Numbered from the stretch's first letter, positions 12,853 through 26,868 are shown. The stretch is 64,000 nucleotides of DNA from Eledone cirrhosa (GCA_964016885.1 OZ024743.1:198152001-198216000); one strand, 5' to 3'. Numbers and translations: made by a program. Notes: generated by a model not told the origin, from the letters alone.

Positions 12853-14461
12853 GTGGAAATGGGTGAAAACCCCAAAAGTAACAATTACACAAACAAGAAC
12901 AACAATGACAATAACAACACAACCAACAACAGCAATAATGACAATACCAACAAAGGAAAAAAGCAAGCCAACACGAATAACAACAACAACAATGATAACA
13001 ACACGAAAGAAAACGGACCCACAGCTGCAGTCTCCTTCGCACAGGCGGTTCGAGAAACGCAGACATCCAAGGCACTGGACATCTCGAATGCCAAGAAATT
13101 GTTGAAAGAAGCAAGGAATTGTGTAAGTTTCGGGGAAGGTGGGGAATTCACAATTACCTCCCCCGAAGAAATTAGAAGGGACACAATCCTCAGGACCGTA
13201 AGTTTTAGGACACTTTCGAACGCGACCAGGAAACCGGCTCAATTGTCCCAAAGCGAAATTGAGCTGGTCCTAAGTAGTGCCTGGAAGGATATCGCTTTCA
13301 TACAGAAAGGGAAACTGTATGGAAGCATATCTGTTTTAATGCAAGATGAATTGGCGGCACGGAAATATTGTGTGTCACCAATTGTATCGAAAGCATACAC
13401 CTTTTTCCCCACATATTTCGGGAAAAGAACTCAAAAGATAAGAATCTCGAGCATCAGGCCAAATGTGAGCATTTGGTGGGTGCTAACGGGATTCTTAGAA
13501 GATGTGGACACAATCCTTTCGATAGGCGAATCCACCAGGGGCGTATTCGGCGGCAATAGCCTTGAAGTTCTGGTCCAAATGAGACCAGAATGGATATCAA
13601 GAATACCACAGCGTGTGTCCCTGGATGAAGTCGCCTTCATAAACATTTCTGTTGAGGGCGGCGGCCTTCATGCTACCACTGTTCAAGAAGTGGTCACCTG
13701 AGGGCTTCCTGACCCGTTTTAAATGCCCCCCCCCCCAAAAAAAAAGACGCTTCTGCCCACCCACACACAACAACACAACCACCACCACCACCGCCACCAC
13801 CACCACAACAACAACAACAACAACCACAACAACACGAAAAAATAACAACACAAGACAGTGTCCCACCCAGCCCATCCCCACCTAAAACAAATACAAAAGC
13901 AACCACAACAAAACCCCAAAATATACCCCCCCCCAACAACACGGACGAGGACCCCTTATCAAAGTCACCCAGTGACGACGAAGGAGAACCCTTTCAACCG
14001 GTAAAAAGAAATAAAAGAAGGCACCACATCAACAAAAATACAACAAACACACAGCCACCAGCACAAACAGAACAAACATCACAAACAAAAAACCCACCCC
14101 TCCCGAAAACATAACACATACTACAAAACGCAAACACACACAAGAACAACAGACAAAAACAAACACAACACAACAAAAACAGTATACATACATCTACACA
14201 AACAACAAAACACTTGTGCAAACATTAGACAAAAACCCTTCCGTGTAAACCAAAGGGAAAATGTTCACCAACGCGGCGACTAAACCGCATTTAAAAATGA
14301 TTTGGGTCCCAAGGGACACCTACGCAATGCTCAAACAGAACTTTCCCGAGGACGTGGGGAACCCCTGTACTAGACCTAGCAACCGCGTCCTCTTGAAATG
14401 TTTCTCCACCACCACACCAGACACCCCTCCCCTACCAAACCCCCACCCCATCACACACTGA
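12853..14461 (+). pseudogene. Tx1 ORF1 (gag-like, Asn-rich N-terminus, CX2CX4HX4C knuckle), frameshifted
   Basis: ORF 12853-13701, then a frameshifted CYHCSRSGHLRASC near 13670; homologous to 23740-24485. Confidence 0.7.
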
Positions 14462-14601
14462 TGTCCCCACCACATCTCAAACCACCACCCCACCAAACAA
14501 CCCCGCCGACACCCCCATGGAAATTGTGCAGCCTGGTCTCCAGGAGAAGGACAGGTAGGTGTCTTTTCCCTTTTCTCCACTCTAAACTCTTCACCACCAA
14601 T

Positions 14602-17600
14602 ATGGCTGTTATAAGAGTTGGATGTTTAAATGTGCGTGGCCTGGGGATGTCCTGGAAGCAGGGCAAACACTTAAATGACCTCAGGTCGCACAGAATGGAT
14701 GTGATAGTATTTGCGAGTCCAGCATCAGCAGCGAGCACCAACTGGCCCCCATCTTCGACGACTTTGAGATCTATGCATCTCTATGTCAGCCGGGGGGTGG
14801 GGCGGGGTGGTCGTTCTGCTGCGAAAACACCTGGGCCTCGCAACACGGAAAGTACACCTGGACCTGGAGGGCCAACATGTGGTTCTAGTCGTCGGCAGTA
14901 GTGAAGGTGGAACCTTCAGGCTGGTGCAGCGTATGCCCCATCTGGGACACCGCGACTGGACTTCTTCCAGCGGCTAGAGACTTTTCTGTGAACGTCTCGC
15001 TCCTTGCTTTTAGTGGGGGACTGGAATGGTATCCTGGATGCACGTTGGGACTATGTAGGGGCATGTCCCGATAGAGGGGGGTGTAACAGCCTCAAACGGT
15101 TTATCGGCCGATTTGATCTGGCCGATAGATATCGACTAGATTTTCCGACTGTGCCATCTAGCGGAACATTTAGGTCGTACCTAGATAGGTTCCTAGTTAG
15201 AAATAAGGATAGGGACATATTAAGCTGTCCACGAATGTTCATGGTTGACTATTATTCGGATCACAAGTTGGTGACCGGAGTGGTCAACCTTGATAGAACC
15301 CATAGACAAGTACCCGGTTACTGGAAGCTAAACTTGTCCTTACCGACAAACAATGCTTACAGTAAGCGGATTAGCACTCTAGTTAAGCAGCGGTTGCGGG
15401 GCAATTGTCAACAGCAGGTGGTGGGGCTCTCTCAAGAGAGAAATTAGAATAGAATCGATAGGTTTCAGTCAGGAATTAGCATCAGATAGGAATAGAACTG
15501 AAAGGGATTTGATAGATAAAGTAGAAGAGGCGATTAGGAGTGCCAACGTGGCCGGTGTGCCGGCGTCAAGAACGGCCCTAGACCAGTTCTTTGACGCGAA
15601 GCACGAGGGCTGCGTTGTCAGGAATAAAATACGTGCTCTGGTTTACGAGGCAGCCAAAGCTGCTAGCTGGGCCCGAGTGACAGAGGCAAAAAGTGGAAAC
15701 AAGTCCATGATTCGGTCTTTGAAGGACCAGGATGGACGCGTGATGCTTGAACCTGAGCGGATGTGCGCGGCCTTTCAACAGCGCTTTGCACGACTTTTCT
15801 GGAGGAGCGGCGAGCAGGGCGAGGCCATGGATTTTAGTCCATACCTCGACGGTCTGCCGCAGATCTCGGACGGGAGGCGAAGTCCTGCGAAAGGCCTATT
15901 TCAGGCGCTGAGATAGGGGAGGCGCTGAGCCAATGCGGCAAACGCAAATCTCCCGGTCTCGATAGTCTACCATACGAACTTTATGTAGTGATGCCGGACT
16001 TGTTCTCCAATCTCCTCGAGGCGGTCTACTGCAACTGCCAACAGAACGGGAGTATTCCCAGTTCTGTGACCAAGGGCGTAGTCACACTGGTGAGGAAGGA
16101 CGAGAACAAGGGGAATGACATAGATAACTTCAGGCCCATAACTCTGCTAAACACAGAGTTAAAGATTTTGGTCAAGGTGTTAGCGAAGAGGTTGGCACTT
16201 GTCGTCGGGAACCTGGTGGGAGAAGCGCAGACATGCGCAATCCCATCCAGGTCCATACACGACAACCTCCACCTCATGCGATACATCGTATAGAGGGTAA
16301 TGAACGAACAAGGATTTTGTGGGGCCCTGATCAACTTGGATCAATCTAAGGCGTTCGATAGGGTCGACCATCGGTACCTGGATGCGGTGCTCGCGGCGAC
16401 AGGCTTCGGACCCGTTTTCAGGGGCTGGATTGCTGCAATACACAGCAGCAACACCTGCTCGAAGGTCAAGGTGAACGGCTACCTCTCGGAGCCGTTCCAA
16501 ATCGCGCGATCCATCCGACAGAGATGTCCTCTCTCCTCACTTCTGTATGTGCTGGCTCTCGAACCACTACTGCGGAAGTTGGAGCTGTTGCAGGGAATCC
16601 CCTTGGAACTGGGATTGCGGAAAGCGGTGTCGGCCTACGCCGATGACGTGACAGTAATTGTGTCGTGCGCCTCGGAAATCGGGCAGATCGGCACCTTACT
16701 GGAGGAATACAAAAAGTTTACAGGAGCCAAGCTGAACCGGGACAAGTCCGTCGGTTTGCAACTTGGAACGTGGAGAGGCAAACCGATGCCCTCCGACGGC
16801 GTCGTCGGACGCTGGACGGAGGGACCGGTGAAGCTGATCGGGTTTTGGTTCGGACCGGACCTCCAGGTGGAGAAAAACTGGGTAAGGTAACGGGCAGGAT
16901 GTTTGCACTCGCCCAGAAGTGGGCCTAGTGCAAACTATCCATGAAAGGTCGAGCAGAGGTGGCGAACACTTATATAGCGTCCGTCATCTACTACCGCTTG
17001 ACCGTCGTGCCTTGCCCAGCGAAAACGCTCGCCAAAATGGAGCGCGCGCTCTTCCGATTCCTTTGGAAGAAGCGGGCCCCTTTTGTGAGAAGATCCATCT
17101 GATGGCAACACTCTTCGAACGGAGAGCTGGGGATACCGTGGCTGACGATGCGTAGACATGCATTAAGGCTACGGCACCTCCAGGTATTCCTCACCGTTCA
17201 GCCGGCATGGGCCCCTTTTGTCAGGCGAGCCTTTCCGAGACTCGTCTCACTCACCGAGCTGCAATCCTGGGTCAAGCAAAGACCGAAAAAAATAGGGGAC
17301 TGGCACATTGAATGTGCCCAGGCGCTCACAGCCCTCTGGCAGGCGGATCCGACTATCAGTGGAGACTCAACCTCTACATTCTATAGAGGGTTGGTGCGCA
17401 GCAAGTGCGACGATGCTCTCGGAGAGGCTCTGCGCATGGAGGAAGACGAGCTAGCCAGTCTGTTCAGTTGGACGTTTGGCCCGGCACCGATGGACAACTT
17501 CCAAAATTCCCCTGGATTGGCAGTGCTACCGAGGAGCTCTACCCGTTCGGGACAAGCTCTACAGACACGGGCGCCCGGGTAGGGACCCCTCAAAGATGAT

Positions 17601-18018
17601 CTGTCCGAGATGCGTGCGTGACGAGGAAACCGTCGCCCACTCATTCGTACACTGCCCGGGCGTTGCTGACCTGTGGGTCTATGTGGAACGACTACTGTCG
17701 GGGGTGGGACCAATCCGGTTGCCCACCGAGTACATCGTCACGATGAAACCGCCTCCCCCTTTCAAAAACGATGGAGAGGCGGATTTCCTCTGTGTGATAG
17801 CTATGGCGAAAGTGGTTGTATGGTGGACGAGGTTGAAAGGGCTGAGGTCAGACACTTTTCTCTCCGTCCAACAACTGGTCCTTTTTTTCAAGAACCATTT
17901 TAGAAGAAGGATCAGAATGGAGAGAGAGATGCTCTACCCCAGCAAGTTTTATGAAAGGTGGGTGAAAGTGGCGAGAATGGCCCGAGTGAATGGGCCTTCT
18001 CTCTATATCAGCCTGTAG
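14602..18018 (+). pseudogene. Tx1 ORF2 (APE endonuclease - RT - Zn finger), many frameshifts
   Basis: MAVIRVGCLNVRGL, GDWN, SYLDRFL, SDH, PGYWKLN, KSPGLD, FRPITLLN, DQSKAFDRV, YADD, CPRC...H...HC. Confidence 0.9.
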
Positions 18019-18282
18019 GTGAGAGAAGAGAAGAAAGAGGAGAGGAAGGGAGCACCCGCTCTTTCTGCTCCTGAGGAGGAGGGTTGCTCATTTTTTTCGT
18101 GGGGGTGTGCGACCCACGTCAACGCTCTCTCCCTATTGAGGACTTCGATTGTTGAGTTTTATTTGTTATATGTTTTTACACGTCCTTTGAAATGTATGTA
18201 AACCCCCCCCCCCCCTTCTATTTGTCCCAATCTTTGATGCCCTGGTGGCAAATAAATAGAAAGTTATCCATCTATCTCTCTA

Positions 18283-18428
<146 letters not shown>

Positions 18429-18806
18429 TGATTCCCTTGTTGGAAATTACACATAACAACTAAGTGTTCGCATTTAGCTTGTCCACTCCGATTTATGGCA
18501 GAACAGAATTCCTGTCGATGAAATGAATTCTCTGTTCGATCATGGAATACCACGAGCGACCCTGTTACGTAAGTTGGATAACTGATGTCGGATTCATAGA
18601 AACACTTTCAACGTATACCGTTTGATTTGTCCAGGTGTATCTTTTTAACCTGTTAGTTCTTTCGTTACTTTGGTATTGTGTGGTTGGGTTTTGCCTACTG
18701 CAATGTTCAATTTGTCAAGCTTTTTAAACGTGTTTTGCTAATTCTTTCCTATTGTAGGTCGACTTTGCTTGCCCACAGCCAAAGCTTCGATTTTACTAAG
18801 CTTCTA

Positions 18807-18852
<46 letters not shown>

Positions 18853-18854
<2 letters not shown>

Positions 18855-20562
18855 CTGATGTCTGTGTATTTGTATGTTTGTGCATAATGCCAATGAGGGA
18901 GTGAGATTGGAGAGAAAGAAGCGGAGAGCAAAGTGAGGAAGTGGCTCTTTACTTCTCCTCATCCATCTCCTCATTCATCACACCATTTTTCGATAGAGGG
19001 GTGAAATATGAATTTTGTGAGTGTGTGAGTGAGTTATATATATATATAGAGAGAGAGAGAGTCGAAGAAACAGACAGTCTAAAAGAGAGGAAGTGTTACG
19101 GAGGGTGTGATCGAGAGAAACACAGAATGAGAAAAAGACAGAGAGAAGAGAGAAAGAAACACAGAGAAAGAGAACAATTTTGTATAGAAGAAGTTGAAAG
19201 CGAGGGGAATAGAGGAAGATAGAGAGAGAGACGCTGTGTATTTGTAACATAAGCAAAGGATCAGGTTCAGCAGAAGTGTTGCGCCAATGTCATCTGATCA
19301 CTTGGGATGAATGCACTATGTCACATAGAGGTGCAATGGATGTTCTTGATAAGACCTTACAGGATATAAGAGGCAACAATCAATCTATGGGAGGAGTTAC
19401 ATTAGTTTTATCAGGAGACTTCAGACAGACATTACCAGTCATTCCGAGAGGAACAAGAGCTGATGAAATAAAAGAATGAATTAAGTCTTCGCACCTATGG
19501 AATAATACTAACATGTGAGATTTATTATGTGGGGACTAATGTGCAGAACAGATTTCAACCCGGCTCCTTCAGTAAAAAAAATGGGAAAGTACCAATTGAT
19601 GGGAATGGTGATATCAATTTGGCTCATATTGCTATCATGGTGAATTCCTCAGCTGAATTGAAGAACAGAGTATTTCCAGACTTAAGTAATAATTAAAATT
19701 CACATAAATGGTTGTGTGAAAGGGCAATTCTTGCTCCAAATATGAGACAGTAGCAAGGATTAACAATGAATTAATGAATAAGATTCCAATAGTCATTAAG
19801 GAGTACAAATCAGTTGATTCACTCCTTAATGAAAATAAAGCTGTCCACTACCCAACAGAGTTCCTTAATGTTTTTGAGCAATCTGAAACTTCTGCATATA
19901 TACTATTTCTGAAGGTAGGTGTCTCAATAATGTTTCTAAGAAATTTAGATCCTCCTAAATTATACAATGGGACAAGGTTGATTATGAAGACATTATCACC
20001 TAATGTGATAGAAGCTACCATTATCACTGGATGTGTCTCTGGGGAAGATGTTTTCATTACAAGAAATCCAATCAAATCAACAGACATGCCATTTGAGTTC
20101 AAACGTATACAATTCCCAGTGCAACTTTGCTTCCCAATATCTGTTAATAAAGCTCAAATTCAGACTTTGATATCTACTGGCTTGCACTTAATTGAGCCTC
20201 GCTTTCCACATGGTCAACTTTATGTCGATTGCTCCAGGGTGAATAGTTTACAAGATTTATTTCTCTATGCTCCAAACCAGAAAACAAGAATGTCGTTTAC
20301 TCAGAAGCTCTTATGTAATGTCCTTGATTATATGTGATATAATTTATCTCTCTTCATGAAAGTGGAAAATTGTGTACTTTCGTTTTTTTATTATCATAAT
20401 TTTTTTTTGTATTATTAATTCGGAAAAGTTTTTCATCATATATCCCAATAGAAGAATAAATTGAATTTAGAATAACAAATTTCTATACAACATATTTTGC
20501 ATTTTTCTTCAAATATATAGGGAACAATTTCATTCCCAGGTAACGCCGGGTGCCTCTGCCAG
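18853..20562 (+). mobile_element. Helitron deletion derivative with helicase remnant (5' boundary approximate)
   Basis: PIF1-like helicase fragments; 3' hairpin CCCAGGTAACGCCGGG then CCAG|T, a variant of CTAG. Confidence 0.75.
19250..20337 (+). pseudogene. Helitron PIF1-like (SF1) helicase C-terminal remnant
   Basis: WDECTM, GGVTLVLSGDFRQTLPV, LRNLDPPKLYNGTRL, FKRIQFPVQLCF, HGQLYV..SRV; stops and frameshifts. Confidence 0.88.
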
Positions 20563-20580
20563 TATATATATATATATATT

Positions 20581-20979
20581 TAAAAGAATAGAGGTGTAAC
20601 AAACGAGTTGTGATATATTAGTAAAAGGAAAAGAAAATGCTGACGAATTTTTCCCAGTGAAAAATAGTTTAATTAGGAATAAGTATAAATTAGTAATAAG
20701 TATTGGTTAGTATTCAGCTTTTACGGGTTGCGCATTTCTAATGCTTTTCAAAAATAATTTTGGGATAGAGCGCTCGTGATGTTTGCTCTAATCAGATTAG
20801 AGCAAACATCACGAGCGCTCTATTTCAAAATTATTTTTGAAAAGCATTAGAAATGCGCAACCGGTAAAAACTTAAAACTAAAACTGAAATCTAACCAATA
20901 CTTATTACTAATTTATACTTATTCCTAATTAAACTATTTTTCACTGGGAAAAATTTGTGACCATTTTCTTTTCCTTTTA

Positions 20980-20988
<9 letters not shown>
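20581..20988. mobile_element. ORF-less fold-back element (family A, copy 1), probably PLE pseudo-LTR derived
   Basis: Inverted arms ~20613-20793 and 20795-20988 around a 1-nt centre (20794), flanked by (TA)n; homologous to 37731-38158. Confidence 0.75.
20834..20870 (+). ncRNA. hammerhead-like motif with altered core (UUGAAAA...GCAA)
   Basis: ttt-TTGAAAA-gcatt/aatgc stem-GCAA-CCGG-TA-aaaa matches minimal type I HHR topology, but the core is non-canonical. Confidence 0.4.
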
Positions 20989-21077
<89 letters not shown>

Positions 21078-21325
21078 TATATATATATAAATGTAAGTAT
21101 GCATGTATACGTACATACATATATGTATACAGACGTACAGTAGCATGCACATATATATATATATATACATACATATGCATACAGGTACACATACATATAT
21201 GCACGTATCAGTTTAGCGGCGCTAACGTCGCTTTGTTCATTTGTAAACAAACTGAACAGCCTGAATTTATGCCATACGGTGTTAAGGCAACCACGTCACC
21301 TTTTTGTTCAACACTGACACAGGAA

Positions 21326-21366
21326 CGATGTACTAGTTTCAAGCTTGTTAGCTATCATCAGCACCG
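21326..21366 (-). ncRNA. minimal type I hammerhead ribozyme
   Basis: Minus strand cggtg-CTGATGA-t-agct/aaca/agct-t-GAAA-CTAG-TA-catcg: canonical core, stem I pairs, palindromic stem III ACTAGT. Confidence 0.85.
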
Positions 21367-21793
21367 TTTACCCATCTGCCAGATAGTTGAACGTTCGAAA
21401 GTATATACTTTCCTTATGAAAATTGACGGCTGAGCAGCCTAATTTGCATATTGAGTGAGTTAAATCGGTCAGGCATACCGAAAACGATAAATTGAAACAA
21501 AATGAAAACGAAATTTCATTTCTCACTCTTAGTATGGCACTTACTTAAATGTAAGTATGCATGTATACGTACATACATATATGTATACAGACGTACAGTA
21601 GCATGCACATATATATATATATATATACATATATACATACATATGCATACAGGTACACATACATATATGCACGTATCAGTTTAGCGGCGCTAACGTCGCT
21701 TTGTTCGTTTGTAAACAAACTGAACAGCCTGAATTTATGCCATACGGTGTTAAGGCAACCACGTCACCTTTTTGTTCAACACTGACACAGGAA

Positions 21794-21834
21794 CGATGTA
21801 CTAGTTTCAAGCTTGTTAGCTATCATCAGCACCG
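21794..21834 (-). ncRNA. minimal type I hammerhead ribozyme (identical second copy)
   Basis: Same sequence as 21326-21366. Confidence 0.85.
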
Positions 21835-21946
21835 TTTACCCATCTGCCAGATAGTTGAACGTTCGAAAGTATATACTTTCCAAAGCGACGTTAGCGCCGC
21901 TAAACTGATACGTGCATATATGTATGTGTACCTGTATGCATATGTA

Positions 21947-21988
<42 letters not shown>

Positions 21989-22175
21989 TGCTACTGTACG
22001 TCTGTATACATATATGTATGTACGTATACATGCATACTTACATTTAAGTAAGTGCCATACTAAGAGTGAGAAATGAAATTTCGTTTTCATTTTGTTTCAA
22101 TTTATATATATATATATATATATACATAAATATATATATATATATACATATGTATATATATATATATATATATAT

Positions 22176-22255
<80 letters not shown>

Positions 22256-23001
22256 GGAAATTTACGAGTATATAAGATTTTAGAAGAGTACAATTGATAA
22301 CCATTAAATACCTATTTTTATTTGTGCATCTAGAATGAGATATATATGTGCGCGGGCACACACACACACATAAACACACATACACACACATACACATATA
22401 AATATATATTAGATATACACATACATATATACACACATACATACACACACACACATATATATATGTGTGTGTGTATGTATGTATGTGTATATATATATAT
22501 ATTTATAAATATATATATATATTATATATATATATATACATATATACCGTGAACGTGTGTTTTAAGCATATATTCTCATATTCACACTCACATAGTCACA
22601 TACATACATACGCACATATATATTACTTTTAGTGACTTTATTACTTTTAAATGATCAAAGGAAATGATATGATACGAAAGATAAACAGTAAAAAGTTATC
22701 AGCCAGTGGATAACAAATATTTGTCAGTAAACAGGATCTTTCGCGGAAATCTGCTGAAAGTAATCGATATCTGAATGATGGCATTAAATATAGCTACATA
22801 GCTTTAGTAAGAGCAAGAGTAATAGAGATAGTCAAACTCTTTTGACCAAAATTTCCCTCCATTCTTCACACTCATTCAATTTGTTCACGTCACACGCTCA
22901 GATTTTCGCTATTAACCTACCTACCTACCTACCTACCTACCTACCTACATAGATACATGCATACATACATACATACATACATACATACATACATACATAC
23001 A

Positions 23002-23032
<31 letters not shown>

Positions 23033-23057
23033 CTACCTACCCGCCTATCTATCTATC

Positions 23058-26000
23058 ACTGGGATGGACACACGCGTGAAACTTGCTGGGTAAGTTCTGC
23101 CGAAATTTCTATAGAAATTCCTAACTGTAAACCTTCATTATTATACCAATTTGTAGAGGGACTGCCAGGTCAAATTTTGATCTGGTCAGTCTCTCAAAAT
23201 ATTCTACGCCTTTCGGCGAAATTGTACATAAAAGTTTTTTGGGGAAAAGCTAACATTTTTAAAAAATGGCTGAAGGTTCTTCACCAACATTCGAAGGAGG
23301 AAAGGGGGAAGATATGCTTAAGTCTTCGCCCTGCCACTGTCATAGTAGCAGATGTCAAAGACAAAGGTCAGCCAGAGGAAGGATTGTCTCCACCTGCTGA
23401 CCGACAACTTGACGTTGCCATGGCAACAAACCAAAACAACACAACCAGCGGCACCATCATCAACAACAACAACAATGCTATGAACGAAAACACAACTTCA
23501 CAAATGAATTCCGCAACCACAGATCAAACAATTGAGAACTACAAAAACAACAACAACAACAACGACAACAATGACAACAACAACAGCAACAATGATGACA
23601 ACAACACCAACAGCAGCAACAATAATGACAACAACACCAACAAGAACAACTCCACAAACAAGGAAAAAAGGTTTCGTTTGCACAAACTGTCCAAAAGACA
23701 GAACTATATACATAGATTGACATCTCTAATGCCGGAGAATTGCTAAGAGATGCCAAGCAATATATAACTTTTGGGGAGAATGGCGCTTTCAGCATCACTT
23801 CTCCCCAAGAATTGCTTAGAGACACTGTTCTGAAAACCATAGTTTTTAGGACAATCTCAAATACCACCAGAAAACCAGCTCAATTAACTCAAAACGAAAT
23901 TGAGCTGGTTCTAAGAAACTCTATGAAGGACATTACCTTCATACAGAAGGGAAAACTCTTCGGGAGTTTTTCAATAATAATGAAAGACCAATTGATGGCA
24001 CAGAAATATTCTGTGTCGCCAATTGTGTCCCACCTCTACACTTGTTCCCCACATATATGGGAAAAGGGACACAAAAAACAAAAGTAACAAATATCACACC
24101 AAATGTAAACATCTGGTGGATATTAGCTGGTTTCATCAATTTTGATGAAGATACAGTAATTTCGGTAGGAAAGTCCTCCAGGGGCATATTCAACGGTACA
24201 AGCTTAGAAGTTCTGGTCCAAATGAGACCACAACGGATAGCTAGAATACCACAACGTGGGCCTCTGGATGGAAATTCCTACATATACATTTCTGTTGAGG
24301 GTAGGTGGCCTTCATGTTACCACTATTTAAGCAGTGGTCACCTGAGGGCTTCCTGTCCTCAACTGCATTTAAAAAAAGGCACTACTGCCGTCACCCAACA
24401 CAACAACACAACCACCACCACAACAACACCACACAAAAACAAACCAAACTGCAAGCACAGTCTCACCGAACCCCTCCCCACCTAAAACAACTCCAAAAAC
24501 ACCCACAAGCACAACAGCTCCCGAAAACATACCCCTCCCCAATCAAACAGACACCACAACGGACGAAGCCCCCTCGTCATCACTCAGTGATGATGAGGTA
24601 GAAGCCCTCCGCTCCAGAAAAAAGAAAAAAAGAAATAACATGAACAAAAAGGCAACAAACGCACAACCACCAACACAAACATTACAAACAAAAATCCCCC
24701 CTCCCGAAAACAAAACAATGACAACACTCCAAACACAAATACCCACAACAAAACGAAAACACACATAAGAACAACAGACAAAAACTAACACAACACAACA
24801 AAAATATTATACATACATAAACACTGACAATAAAACCTTGTTGGAGGTCAACTCCAAAAACCCTTCCGTGGAAACAGAAGGAAAATATTTTATCAATTGT
24901 AAAGACAAACCTAATTTAAGAATGATTACGGACACCTATAAGTCCTTAAAGGAAAACTTTGCTGAGGACGTGGGGAATGTGTGTTAAACCCACGAACCGC
25001 GTCTTCTTGAAACGTTTCCCCACCCCCACCCTACCAGACACCCCCTCCCCACCAAACATCTCCGTCCACACCCCGCCAGGACCCACCACCCTAACAAACA
25101 ACCCCTCCAACACCCCCATGGATATTGTGCAGCCTGGTCCCCAGGAGACTAAGAGGTGAGTGATTTCTTTTCCTCTTCTTTTAACTTTTCAGCACCAACA
25201 TGGCCAATATAAGAGATGGATGTGTGAATGTACGCGGCCTGGGGATGTCCTGGAAACAGGGCAAACTCTTTAACGACCCCAGGTCGCACAGTATGGATGT
25301 AGTAGACATTTGCGAGTCCAGGATCCACAGCGAGCGACAACTGGCCCCCATCTTCGACGAGTTTGAGATCTACGCATCTCTCTGTCAGCCGGGAGGTGGG
25401 GTGGGGTTTCCGTTTTGCTGCGGAAACACCTGGACCTCGTAATACAGACGGTACATCTGGACCCGGAGGGTCGGCTGCTGGTCCTAGACGTTGACGGTAG
25501 TAAAGGTGGAGCCTTCAGGCCGCATATGTCTCATCCGGGACACTGCGGCCAGACTTCTAGAGACTTTTCTGGAAACGTCTAGAGACTTTTCTGGGAACGT
25601 CCCGCTCCCTGTTGTTAGTGGGGCGCTGGAATGGAATCCTAGATGCACGTTGGGACTATGTGGGAGCATGTCCTGATAGAGGGGGGTGTAACAGCCTCAA
25701 ACAGTTAATCCGCCGATTTGACCTGGCCGATAGATATCGACTAGATTTTCCGAATGTGCCACTGTAGACGTGGACTAATCAAAGCGGAACAACTAGATCG
25801 CACCTAGATAGGTTTCTAGTTAGAAAGAAGGATAGGGACATGTTAAGCTGTCCACAAATGTTCATGGTTGCCTATTCAGATCACCAATTAGTGACCTGCT
25901 TAGTCAACTTTGACAAAACCCATAGACAGGGACCCGGCTACTGGAAGCTGAACTTATCGTTACCGACAAGCAAAACCTACAGTAGACGCATTAGCACTTT

Positions 26001-26393
26001 AGTTAAGCAGCACTTGACGGGGGCCATTGTCAACAACAGATGGTGGAACTCTCTCAAGAGGGCAGTTAGATTAGACTCGATAGGTTTTAGTAAAGAATTA
26101 GTGTTAGATAGAAATAAGACCGAAAAGAAACTGGTAGATGAAGTAGAAGAGGCACTTAGGAGTGTCAACGTAGCCAGCGTGCTAGCGGCGAGAACGGCCT
26201 TGGACCAGTTCTTCGACGCAAAGCATCAAGGTTGCGTTGTCAGAAGCAAAATACGTGCTCTGGGAAACGAGGGAGCCAAAGCTGTTAGCTGGGCCCGAGT
26301 GATCGAGGCGAAAAGTGGCAACAAGTCCACGATTCGGTCTTTGAAGGAGCAAGACGGACACGTGATAAGTGATCCGAAGCAGATGTGCGCGGC
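23058..26393 (+). mobile_element. second L1/Tx1 element, 5' intact but 3'-truncated before the RT
   Basis: Homologous to the 12.5-kb copy (ORF1 with zinc knuckle, APE ORF2 from 25200, GPGYWKLN); starts after CTATCTATCTATC; homology ends at ...GATGTGCGCGGCC. Confidence 0.85.
25200..26393 (+). pseudogene. Tx1 ORF2 N-terminal part (APE endonuclease + linker)
   Basis: MANIRDGCVNVRGL, SDH, GPGYWKLN; frameshifted. Confidence 0.8.
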
Positions 26394-26419
26394 CAAAAAC
26401 TCTGCTTCGTAGAATCGAG

Positions 26420-26511
26420 ACGTCTCTGACGACCCTGCGATTTCAGAATCAGGTTCGATAATTACATCGATCGTGCCTCGATTGGTCGCCATAGAAACGA
26501 TTGTAATATGT
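26420..26511 (+). ncRNA. degenerate hammerhead-like motif in a probable PLE pseudo-LTR fragment (26394-26640)
   Basis: acgtct-CTGACGA...GAAA-C gatt G-TA-atatgt, followed by AATAAA, a tail and (TA)n; stems imperfect. Confidence 0.4.
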
Positions 26512-26657
26512 TTAATAAATTTTATTCGTCGCAACACTGATTCTCCGTTTCTTATGTGATACCATACTCTGTTCTGTAAGAGCATCGAGTGGTCATACGG
26601 CCTACCTCTTACGGACGCTTTAAGCATCCCACACCAATTATATATATATGCATACAT

Positions 26658-26702
<45 letters not shown>

Positions 26703-26751
26703 AATCAGGAAAGAAGGTTTACATGGTTTGCTATACAAAAAAGTTTTTAAT

Positions 26752-26868
26752 CACATAGCTTACATTTGTTTCACTGAACTGGTATGTCTAGAGATCGCTA
26801 TCCGCTTAATTTTGCGTTACTCGATCGCCAATACAGAATTATAACCAGTCAGATCTTCGGAGCATGCG
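26752..26868 (-). ncRNA. hammerhead ribozyme variant (CCGAAGA core, extended stem II)
   Basis: Minus strand cgcatgct-CCGAAGA-t-ctgactggt...accagttcag-t-GAAA-C aaat G-TA-agctatgtg. Confidence 0.65.

Larger units (their letters stand above)
12513..18263 (+). mobile_element. L1/Tx1-clade non-LTR retrotransposon, full length, decayed
   Basis: ORF1 with CCHC knuckle, ORF2 with APE endonuclease, RT and C-terminal Zn finger; AATAAA at 3' end; flanked on both sides by (TATC)-type repeats. Confidence 0.9.
21088..22105 (-). mobile_element. ORF-less tandem + inverted HHR element (retrozyme-like / non-autonomous PLE)
   Basis: Direct repeat 21088-21413 / 21546-21881; inverted repeat 21487-21702 / 21882-22105; two HHRs 468 nt apart; (TA)n on both sides. 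Confidence 0.8.
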
